Below are positions 39,715 through 50,358 of a stretch of DNA of 64,000 bases, piece by piece. Source of the stretch: Saccostrea echinata (Eukaryota); the NCBI RefSeq assembly GCF_033153115.1, contig NW_026889803.1, positions 39,928,001 through 39,992,000 on the forward strand, read 5' to 3'. Both the position numbers and the translations under genes were made by a program. The notes beneath the pieces were generated by a model. The model saw only the letters and a program-made list of their open reading frames with translations. It was not told the DNA's origin and ran no database searches. Within the stretch, counting starts at the first letter, position 1; each line of letters begins with the position of its first letter.

Positions 39715-42493
39715 CTATCCCACTGGATTCGTTGTACACGGTGACTCAGACACAATGGTCAACTCAGGATGAAGACAACGGTGAGTTTCAAAGAAGCAGC
39801 TGTAAATTATAAAATCAAAGTTCTCTGTGCAAATCGACATACAGTATCTGTGTAGGGTAATGACATAGATGTATCTGTTAGCAGTTTACATTAATTTTTG
39901 AATCAATGATCTTTAGGAGAAAGAAAAAAACAAGATGTGTTTGTGAAATACTGATGCCCCCGTATGGCAGCTTCTGGCGAAGGTTAAAGTTTCTCAAATG
40001 CAAGTCAAAATCCAGGCCAAAAGATAAAAAATGTTAAATTTGAAAGCCCTTGCTGCAACTGTTCAAGAGTTATGGCGAAGGTTAAAGTTTTTTAAAAGTA
40101 AGTAAAACATCAAGGTCAAGGTCAAAGTTGTTGGTATCCAAAGGAAGGTCTTGTCAAAAGGATTACATATGTAAAGTATGAAAGCCCTAGCACCAACTAT
40201 TCAAAAGTTATGGCCAAGATTAAAGTTTTTCGAAAGTAGGTCAAACTCTTACGTCAATGTCAAAGGGTCAAAGTGGTTGGTATCCAAAGGAAGGTCTTGT
40301 CACAAGGACTACGTATGTGAAGCATGAAATCCCTAGCACCAACCATTCAAAAATTATGGCCAAGGTTAAAGTTTTTCAAAAGTAGGTCAAACTCCTATGT
40401 CAAGGTCAAAGGGTCAAAGTGGTTGGTATCCAAAGGAAGGTGATGTCACAAGGATTACATATGTGAAGTATGAAAGCCCTAGCATCAACCATTCAAAAGT
40501 TATGGCCAAGGTTAAAGTTTTTCAAAAGTAGGTCACACTCCTACGTCAAGGTCAAAGGGTCAAAGAGGTTGATATCCAGAGGAAGGTCTTGTTACAAGCA
40601 ATACACTTGTGAAGTTTGAAACCCCAAGCTCCAACTGTTCAAAAGTTATGGCCAAGGTTAAAGTTTTTCAAAAGTAGGTCAAACGTCAAGGTCAAAAGGT
40701 CAAAGTTGTTGGTATCCAAAGGAAGGCCTTGTCACAATAAATACACATGTGAAGTTTGAAACCCCAAGCTCCAACTGTTCAGAAGTTATGGCCAAGGTTA
40801 AAGTCTCATAAAATTTTGCAAAAGTGGGTCAAACTTGAAGGTCAAGGTCAAAAGGTCAAATATGATAGTATCCAAAGAAAGGTCTTGTCACAAGGAATAC
40901 ACATGTGAAATATGAAAGTCATACATGTAGCTCCAACCAATCAAAAGTTATGGGCAAGGTTAAAGTTGACAACAGACAGACAGACAAACAGATAAACAGA
41001 CAAACAGACAGACAGGACAAAAACAATATACCCCCGGGATCTTTCGATCCGGGGGCATAAAAAACACGGGAATTTTGATTCTGTGTTCACATTGTAGCCA
41101 CAAAAAGTATTATTGTTAGGATTAAGTGTTAGGAGAAAATTTTTTATGCCAACTTACTGATTGATATAAGTGTGACCATCGGAGGCACAAACCTCTGCAA
41201 AGTCATCGTTACAAGGGTGTGACGTCACTGTTTTGCAGAAGAGTTCAAACACCAATTCCTGTCCGTGAGTCATTTGATGAGAGTGGCTATTGGCGTAACA
41301 TGAGCCGTTGTGGGCAAGGTGAATGTACGGATTCTTACAGTGAAATTGCGCAAATTCGCATCTGAAGTAGGAAACAAACAAAGACGGTTTAATAATTCAA
41401 ATTTATGCATGTGCTTGAAAAACATATTTACGAAAGACCATTGAACTCTTTTTGGTTATAAGAGAAATTATAAAAGCGCGAATAAACGCGTAACTTTTGC
41501 TCTGAAAAGGGCACCGCAAAGCGGAGCATCCCCTCGCAAAAGATCAAGGCAGCATTCGACATCGATCCCGATGCAAATTACGTCACTTCCGTTACGCAAA
41601 CAAGGACAAACTTACCCACCCACCCAGACACACATTACTGTATCTTCTCCATCTCCGTTACGAGGGGATAATAAGGAGAAACTTTCACGACTGTTCGCTA
41701 AAAGTTCACAAATAAATGAGAATGTTTAGGATTCTTTGCGATACGTTTTTTTTCTTTTCGCAAACGTATTGTTTCGCAAAAATTACGCGTTCATTCACCT
41801 TTTACCCCTAAATACGAATAAATAGCTCAATGACTTTCGTAGATATTGGAAATTGTTCCTGATTAGTGTTTCCACACAATACTAGTATTTTAAAATTCAA
41901 AATTCCCCAAAACTGCATGGATTAAAAAAAAATACTTTCGTTGTAATACTACTCAACTTTGCTTTAATGGATATTAAACAACGGTGAATTTCCGTTTGAA
42001 TTCATGCTTCAAGATAAATCATTCATTTAATTTAATGTTTTTTCTCAACAAAGTTGCTAAGTGTAGGTTACTTGTTATAAAAGGTAAAATTGTTGGTTCC
42101 ACACTGGGGATCATGGCCTTGGAGGTAACAGACCTGTTCCAGCAGAAGTGAGCAATGGGCCAGTCTTTTCCTCATAGCAAAGACAACAGCAACTGTTATG
42201 AAATGTACAACGCATTGAAATCATGTGAAAAAAAAAAATAAATTCTTGTTCAGAATTTTAAATATACCTATAAATATAATTACAAAATAACATTTTAATG
42301 ACATGAATTAAATTGAATGTAAACTGACAATATGAAAATATTCCTGTGTATACTGGCATGTCATTGCTCAAATTTGCATAACGTGGGTTATTAGAGATCG
42401 ATCAAATAATAATTTTTCAACTACTAGTATTCTTAATATATGAAATAAACACGTACCAGAAACAAAAAACAAGAGAAGCAGAATCCTCCTCAT
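39715..42493 (-). CDS. Secreted two-Kazal-domain protease-inhibitor-like protein, 148 aa, His-rich; exons 42457-42493, 42072-42192, 41158-41361, 39715-39799
   Basis: Signal peptide MRRILLLLFFVSVAVVFA. Two six-Cys Kazal-type units: CSLLLEQVCYLQGHDPQCGTNNFTFYNKCEFAQFHCKNPYIHLAHNGSC and CKTVTSHPCNDDFAEVCASDGHTYINHCFFETHRCLHPELTIVSESPC, each with the C-G/A-T/S-N/D-x-x-T-F/Y-x-N-x-C signature. Introns are GT-AG and in phase. A TATA-like sequence lies upstream (~42545-42556). Confidence 0.88.
39929..41064. mobile_element. Helitron/Helentron-like non-autonomous element with a ~146-bp internal tandem array, in Kazal intron 3
   Basis: Start aacaagatgtgtttgtgaaa...tgccccc; ~6-7 units of aaaagttatggccaaggttaaagtttt...aaggtcaaagggtcaaa...ggtatccaaaggaaggtcttgtcacaagg; (GACA)n tract; terminal hairpin cccccgggatc-tttc-gatccggggg followed by cataaaaaa. 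Confidence 0.85.
41429..41841. mobile_element. IS3EU-like MITE (TAC...GTA termini) in Kazal intron 2
   Basis: catatt|TACGAAAGACCATTGA ... TCAATGACTTTCGTA|gatatt: imperfect ~70-bp TIRs and a 6-bp TSD with one mismatch. Confidence 0.55.
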
Positions 42494-43858
42494 CTTTGAT
42501 GACTGATCTTGTGTTCACGGGCCAAAAGTACGGTAAGTGTTGGAACTATAAAGTATTACAGTTCGTAAATATTCTAAAGGCTAGACAAATGTAATGATTG
42601 TCAGATTTTTGCAAGGAAGTCCATCAACTTGCACATAAGAATCAGTAATCTAATTCTTTTTACCATCCAAATTCAGTATATAATAATTCTTTTCTTAACT
42701 GAAAAGTAGAAAGATATTTTGAAAACAAATTATCCTAAAACTGTTTCTTATGCTTTTTACCTTGGCCTTACTCTATTACAGAAAATGTCAAAGATCAAGC
42801 TACCTTATCTCTTTGTCGCACGCACGAAGAGGTCATATTTGTGGAATTCACTACAGTTCCCATCTACATGTATTCCCGTTATCATTGATAATACAATATC
42901 TCTGATACCGGGTTCATTTCTGATTTCCGAAGAAATACAAAACATTTAAAACCAAATTTCGTTAGTTTCAAAGTAAGTGCATCAGTATGATGACCTATTC
43001 TTTATCTTCCTTTAAAGCTTTAAAGTTGCAACTTCATGTACTGGAATTCTTGTATTCTTTTCAAAGGTGCTATGTATAGTATGTATGGTAATTGAGTTTT
43101 TGAATATCAGTGGATATCTACGAAATCACACCGAATGAAATATAGGATTTTCTAGCCCAACTTTTAAATAGCGACTTATGTCAAGGGTTTGTGTGGAGTT
43201 CCGAAATCACAAAACCTTGACATTGTGAGGATGAAGTGAAAAGTATAGTCCCTCCTTTTCATTTGGAAATTAACGCGTTTTTGAAAATATTGTGTATAAA
43301 CAATATGAGGAAATATTAATTCGCTTGGTTTTCACCATTTGTGTATAATTTATTCTTCTTGTTAAGTAGAACTTTCGGATCATTTTCTTTGAAAGGAGTT
43401 ATCATTCCTTTCTAATTTGCAAACAATCGATTATCAGCTACGATACATGTATAAATTGTTTGTATTTATCTATATTGGCACTGGTTTTATCTTAAATTCA
43501 AATTACTAGGCACATTTTTCTCCATTATGTTTTATTTATTCCTGTGTTTTTAATTATGAGACAATTTAAAACTAAAAAGTAGAATTAAAAAGTAGAGAGC
43601 TAGTTTAAATTTTTAAAATTCCTTAAGAATTGCTTACAATGATTGAATGTTAACAAATATTTAATAATCTAAATCATTTTTATCTAGATAGATAATTCAG
43701 ATGGTTTGATAAATTGGACACACACTATATCACTGTAAAATGTACCACTCGGTGAGTAAGCCATGTGTATCATGATAGAAATATGTTTAAGGTACAAGGT
43801 TCAAAATTGTCCTCCATATTGGATGAGGTTGGACGAGGCTCACCAACTATGCACTTGA

Positions 43859-46800
43859 ATGACTTCTACAAACATGAATTGTCGGAGGACATCTTTTATG
43901 TGCTTATTTGTTTCTGCCATATTTTTAATAATCGTGTACTTGACAATTTTCAATCATGGACCCCCAGAAAAAATTCTCTCTGCTAACTCAAGGACAAATG
44001 AGTATCTAGACCGCGTGTTAGCCGGAGATGGGGATGAAGAGGTCCTAAGATCGGCACGGGCTTGGGATTCTTTCATCAAGGCCAATCATTTCGTTTCTAT
44101 TGGTGATATCTACGACAGTTGTGGTAAGCTTCAGTAAAATAAGTATAGATTATAGCCATATTTAAAATTATTAAAATTTCGTATTTTCCTTTGCATACTA
44201 TAATAAAACAAGCAAATGGTGCAGGTGGAAATGCACACAAAGTTCCACTGAAACCTGTCCAGGCCCGTAGAACACAGGGGAGGGGGGAGGGGGCCCTGCC
44301 CCCACTTTGCTACGGGTCTGCTGTGAAGCAAGATGTTAACTTTTTAGATTTTGGCAAACGGTTAATCAAATGTAGTCTGAGCCAACATGTCTTCAAATTA
44401 TTTTTCAGATGAAGACGGTAGAAAATGGCTAGGTAAAACTGTCATTCTACCAGATAAAAGGAGAGGCGGAGTAACATCTAAAACATTTTTAAATGTAACA
44501 TTTGGTAAGTATATGTCGTAGTGAAATCAACAAAGTGATCACGTTTTGTAATTTTTATATATAAAAAAAACAACATTGAAACTACTTATGTTATTTTATT
44601 TATGGACGACTACTGCATTCAATTGAAAAGTAGTCTTGCTGTCTCAAGTGTACGAACGCTGTGTACTAGTATGTCTATTAATTAAACTTGTATAAGTTTT
44701 ACCCCCCAAAACCAAAAAGCTCTTTAAATTTTTACTTGTTTCAAACTATCTTTAAAATAAGAGGTCTATGGGCTACAACGCTAATCTAAGTCAAATTTCT
44801 CTTAATTTTTCATCACTTCAGCAACTTCAATCACACTTCTGTGGTGCAAATGTCGCACGCCGCGTGTCATAATTTGAACAACCATTAAATCTACATTAGA
44901 TGAGGACGTTTAAGTTAATTAATTGTGGCCCTATTAAATTTGACGAGAGGATTTCAAAGATTTGTTTTCTGTATTTCCTTTTTAGCCCCAATGATCCTTG
45001 GTTTAAATGAGCATTTCTGATGAAAAAGTGTCAGGCGTCCGTCTGTCTGTCGTGTGTTGTCTGTAACTTTTTACATTTTCGACTTCTTCTCCTGAAACAC
45101 TGGATCAATTTTAACCAAACTTGCCACAAGGCATCCTTGGGTGAAGGGAATAAAATTTGTTCACAGGAAGCGCCTTCTTTCAAGGGGAGATAATTAAGAA
45201 TTCGTGAAAATTTGGTGGTATCATTTAAAAATCTTCTTTTCAAGAACCACTGGGCCAGAAAAGATGAAACTATTGTGAAAGCTTCATAACATACTATAGA
45301 TTCAAGTTTGTTCTTATTACGACCCCTGGGATAGGGTAGGGCCACAATAAGGGGTGACCCGGGTCAAAGTTTTACATAGGAATATATAGGAAAAATCATT
45401 TAAAAATCTTCTCAAGAGCAGTACGAATACAGATGCATCCTCAGGTAAATTCAAGATTGTTCAAATCATGACCCCTTGGGGTAGGGCGAGTCCACAATAG
45501 GGGGTCAAAGTTATACATAGGAGTATATAGGAAAAATCATGGAAAAAATATCTTCTCAGAAACAGCAAAGCAATAATTAGTCATATTTACACAGTAGCAT
45601 CCTCAGGTAGTGTAGATTTAAGTTTGTTCAAGTCATTACCCCTTGTTGTAGGGCGGGGCCACAACAGGGGGCCAAAGTATTACATAGGAGTGAATAGGCT
45701 TTAAAAATCTTCTTCTCAAGAACAGCATAGCGACGATAAGTCGTATTAATAGAGAAGCATCCTCAGGTAGTGTAGATCTAAGACTGTCAAAATCATGACC
45801 CCTGGGGGTAGGGTGGGGCAGAAATGGGTGATCAAAATTTGACATAGGAATATATAAAGGAGAAGTCCCTGAAAATATTTTTCACCTGAAAAGGAAAGCC
45901 ATAATTAGTCATACATGCAGGTAGTGTCAACTCAAATTGTTTGAATCATGACCCCAGGGAGTAGGGTGGGGCCATAATTTGCAATCGAAGTTTTACATAG
46001 AAATACATGTTTAAGAAAAATCTTTAAAAGTCTTCTTCTCTTCTTTTCATAGACAGAAAAAAAAATTAGTGAAACTTTTTTATCCAGTAAAAACGTGCTA
46101 TTAAATTTTAACAAACAGGTGACTTTTATGAAAAAAGAAAAGAAACCCATATCAAACAGTTGTAACTCTATTTTAATTTTAATTTTTTCTTTTTTAAATT
46201 TGCTCATATAATTTTTTTTTTTTTTTTTTGCAGAAAAAACGTTAGACGACGGTGAATTTTTCTTGAGTGTTAGTTATGGCGGGAAAGATCTGTATGAGAA
46301 TAAGTGGAAGTTTTGTGAAATGGAAGAGGAGGAAGATGACGAGGAACGGTGGATTTTCTGTCCGTATAAACCCGGAAGTTACTCCTGGGTCATAGACCGG
46401 AAAATACCTAATTATCTCCCAAAGGTACAAAAGTCATTTTTTCCCGATTGGATTTTCTTTCCATATAAGGGGGTCTTCTGTCCGTAAAACCCGGAGTTAC
46501 TCCTGGGTCATAGATCGGAAAATATTTAATTATATCTCCCAAAGGTACATAAGTAATTTTTACCCCAGTGGATTTTCTGTACGTATAGATCGGAAAATAC
46601 TTAATTATCTCCCAAAGGTTTTACTCCAGTGGATTTTTTGTACGTATAAACCCGAAAGTTACTCCTTGGTCATAGACCGGAAATACGTAATTATCACCCA
46701 AAGATACAAATTTAAAGTAATTTTTACCCAGTGGATTTTCTGTCCGTATATACCCGGAAGTTACTCCGGGTCATAGACCGGAAAATACCTAAATATCTTT

Positions 46801-48982
46801 CAAAGGTACAAAAGTAATTTTTACCTAAGTGGATCTTCTGTCCACAAGGGGATCTTCTGTCCGTAAAACCCGGAAGTTACTCCTTGGTCATATACCGGAA
46901 AATACCTAATTATCTCCCAAAGGTACAAAAGTGATTTTTACCCCAGTGGATTTTCTGTCCGTATAAACCCGGAAGTTACATGTATTCCTGGGTCATGGAG
47001 CGGCAAAAATAACAAATTATTTCTCAAAGGTAGAAAAGAAAATTTTACCTGAATCTGATATGAAGAACCATTCTCCTACATGTAATAATTTATGTTAGAA
47101 ATTCGACATGGAATCCCCCACATTCGATAAGAGAAAGTAAAAAAAGTTCCATAGCTAAGGCATGGCAAAAATTAATACCATTTTAACCCCAGAAACAATT
47201 ATTATGTTGATTAATTGTTTCTCTATATAAAAGACAATGTAGACTTTACTGAATATAACAAAACAATTAACTACTAGAAAATCCATATGCCTACCAATAG
47301 ACCGATAATGAAATATATCACTATCGTATCATTCAATTTGGACAAGAAAATAAATACTGTAGATGAAATGAATAATTTCAAAAGTTTTGACCCCCAACCC
47401 CACCTTCGAATGAAAAAGAATGCATAATCTTGAGAATGAAAATATTTGTAATGTTATAAATGATGCAGTAGTTCATATTTAACATAAGGATCACTCACGA
47501 TAGGGAATTCCGAATACAAGTACTAAACAACTATTACTTATCAAATCCAAGGAGGGGGAATTAAGAATCAAGCAACTAAAAGGTATATTATCCTTTTGGA
47601 GATTCAAGAACAGATGATACACCCCACCCCCCACCCCCCAAAGAAATAAATAAAAAATAAATAGATGTCTGGATTGATATATATTTTTGGACTTGTTTTG
47701 ATTGTAAATGATGTGAATTAAATTTCTAAAATATTGAGTAATTGTAAACTTTCATGATGTTCAAAATTCTACCTTTTTGTAGTCATCCTTATTAATCTTT
47801 ACAACTTTTTGTCACTTTTAATCCCATTATTGTGAAACTTTGAATGAAAAATGAAAATCTATAGAGACATGACTTAAGTTGTTATTTTCAATATTTTTGA
47901 TAAAAGTTTGTTTGTATCATCTGTCCTTCAGGCTGTCACAGGGAATTGTTTTTTTTTTTCTTTCAAATACAAAGTTTAAAAAGAAAGTAACTGAAATTCT
48001 GTGCAAAAGTGATACATAATCCATCACCTTTTCTTTCATTGCTAAAATTTTTGATAACTGTCCTAGAGATTTACAATATCTTATACGGGGCAATAACCCT
48101 CTGCTCTAAATTTCAGTATTTTTTTTAATATGGTTTTCATCAACAACAATAGCATTAGATTCAAATGGAAAACAGTATAAAGTATGAAGCGTTGCTTACT
48201 TTTTCAAAAATGAATATTATGTCTAATCATGATATAAAAAAAAAATGTGACATAGTGAATAGAAAGAGCAATAATTTATTATTATCACCACGTAAAATTA
48301 AAATATGAGATGTATATGAAAACAATATTTAAAATCATACATATTAAATTCTAATTAGAAAACATAGTTAAGCGTTGCTTTTTAAGACAGAATATCACAT
48401 TATTATCTGTGTTTGTAAAATCTACGAAAGTTATCTTAAGGGGGGTGTACTAGTAATAAAAAATCTTTATCTGATACATGATAAATTACTGTAGCATTAT
48501 TAAAATTGTTTACTATAAAAGTAGAAATATCCCAAATTAACAGTTTAAAAGAACTGGGTGAAAATGTTTTAGGTCAAGTATTATTAGTAACTATCAAAAA
48601 TATTGGCAAAAGAAAACAGAAGTAAGTGGTTGTAACCCAATTTGGATTTGAGTGAATTGACTATATAATGGTCCTTATTACTAGACGCTGGTATGACGTC
48701 AAACAATCAGTCAGGTTGGAATTATTTTCTTGGGAAGTTATCTCTCATCAGAGGGTTGTTCCACCTTAAAATGTAGCATCGAAAAAAGATTATGATAAAC
48801 CAGGTTGAATGCAATTTAAGATCATGGCTTTTGTTCCCTTTTTAGCGCGTTATTTCATCGTAGATATAAGATATTTATTGTGCTTATATCATTAATTTTA
48901 GGGTACCTATAAAGCCACAGCGAGATTAACAGATGAAAATGAAGAAGTACTTATGTGTGGATTCGGGGAATTTGTTTTGTAG
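43859..48982 (+). CDS. ML (MD-2-related lipid-recognition)-like domain protein A with N-terminal hydrophobic anchor, 210 aa; exons 43859-44123, 44409-44504, 46234-46424, 48902-48982
   Basis: Four exons join in frame and have the same structure as the neighbouring paralog. The C-terminal domain has the ML-type pattern YDSC...WKFC...FCPYKPG...IPNYLPKGTYKATARLTDENEEVLMC, resembling 4-Cys PG/PI-transfer/NPC2-like proteins. The gene model is well supported; the domain assignment is from motif resemblance only. Confidence 0.8.
44981..46035. mobile_element. HINE with Cg170-like satellite array (opposite orientation to 19395-20629) in ML-A intron 2
   Basis: cgtccgtctgtctgtc tract followed by repeated gcatcctcaggtagtgtagat...catgacccc...gggtagggtggggcc units; accounts for the ORFs at 45031-45345 and 45636-45845. 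Confidence 0.8.
46348..47050 (+). repeat. Tandem array (~7 units, ~75-120 bp) derived from the 3' end of ML-A exon 3 plus its splice donor
   Basis: The unit tggattttctgtccgtataaacccggaagttactcctgggtcatagaccggaaaatacctaattatctcccaaag-gtacaaaagtaatttttacccca(g) recurs; the first unit is the coding exon end. Confidence 0.9.
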
Positions 48983-50358
48983 ATCTGAACAGTGTAATTA
49001 GTTTAACTATTTGTGTTGTTGCACTAATATGTTAACAAAACATGCTGATGTAAACGGTGCCTAGATAGCGCAATATTCAATGTATCTGTATATATATTGA
49101 GATAAATAGTGACGTAATTTATTTGTTGACCGAAATATTTGAATGTAAAATTAGTACATTCACAGTGTTATTGACACGAGAGAGAGAGAGAGAGGGAGAG
49201 AGAGAGATTTGGAAGAAGCAGGGCGGATCTTGCAGGGATGTAAGTCCCTCCTCTAACCCCACCCCCACACACAAGAGATCAGAATAGAAATAGACAAGGT
49301 TAAAACCCTAGGAAAAGTGGACCCCTCTAAAGTCGTGAAGACAAATAATACATGTAGGTAGGGATTTGTGATTTGTCACTGTTATACAGTGACAACGAAG
49401 AAATATTACAATACTTAAATTATAATTATAAAGGTACTTTAATGAAACAAATGCTGTACATGTTTCTGGACCTGTTTGTAAGAATATTTAGACTGAATGT
49501 TCAGAATTTGATAGTTTCATTATATTAAAAGGTAACTTTTATCTATATCTCGAATGAATGTGACCTGTCATTGACGCAACCTTGTTTGCAAGGACAATAG
49601 CCCGAATCTGATAAATGCAAGATTACAGCTTACTGTATCAATTTGTATCAATTTCCCTTTGTGAACTATGTAAAAGTCAGAGCTGGAAATAAAACGTTGA
49701 AAAATATTGACTCTTTTGCTCTTTTCTGTAGTTTTACTAATTAAGTAGGTGTAATTGGATGTCTTTAAATTTACTGTTCCAACTGAAGTAACATACTTTT
49801 TGAATAACACAGTTCGTAGTCCATTAAACGATGTCTTTAAAAAGTCTGTAGACAAATAATCATATGATTAAAAACTTTCTTTATATCGCTTAGCAAGTAT
49901 GTAAGTAGAGCTACTTATAAAACTGAGTATATGTGCTTCAAGTTCATCGAAATGGATACACGTAGTTAAACCTTGGCCCATTTTACATCCATCACTGTGT
50001 AGTGTCAAAATTTAGTTATGATTTATGGACATGGCTGTCAGATAACTGCTATCGTGGGATAACGTTATCAATAGTTGATGATCAAACAACAGAGTGATAG
50101 AGGATTGTCCCTTGGTTTCCTTCGCCAGAGACTGGTACAGAGCCAAATGTCCACTGTCAACCGGATGGACAATTGAGCACATGACTTTTATAATTTCTGT
50201 ATTTTGATCAGGAGGGGCACTTGTCACATCTGTTTTAATTACAGCGAACTAACCGACTCAGTTGGCATAGAGAGAGGAGCGAGAGGTTTAATATAAAGGA
50301 ATTTTTCAGAAAAAAGTATCTAGAATACTTTGGATAGGGATAAATTATGACATAACAG

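Noticed and set aside
43823-43861. In-frame upstream ATG and TGA just before the ML-A start (possible selenocysteine or readthrough extension)
   Set aside because: There is no matching extension in paralog B and I see no SECIS-like element; it is better treated as a short uORF or chance.
47502-47512. NF-kB-like site GGGAATTCC in ML-A intron 3
   Set aside because: A single short match far from a promoter, expected by chance in 64 kb.
50012-50229. 71-aa minus-strand ORF preceded by an AG, in a slightly GC-richer patch
   Set aside because: No recognisable motif, weak polypyrimidine tract and no partner exons; more likely ML-B promoter or 5' UTR sequence.
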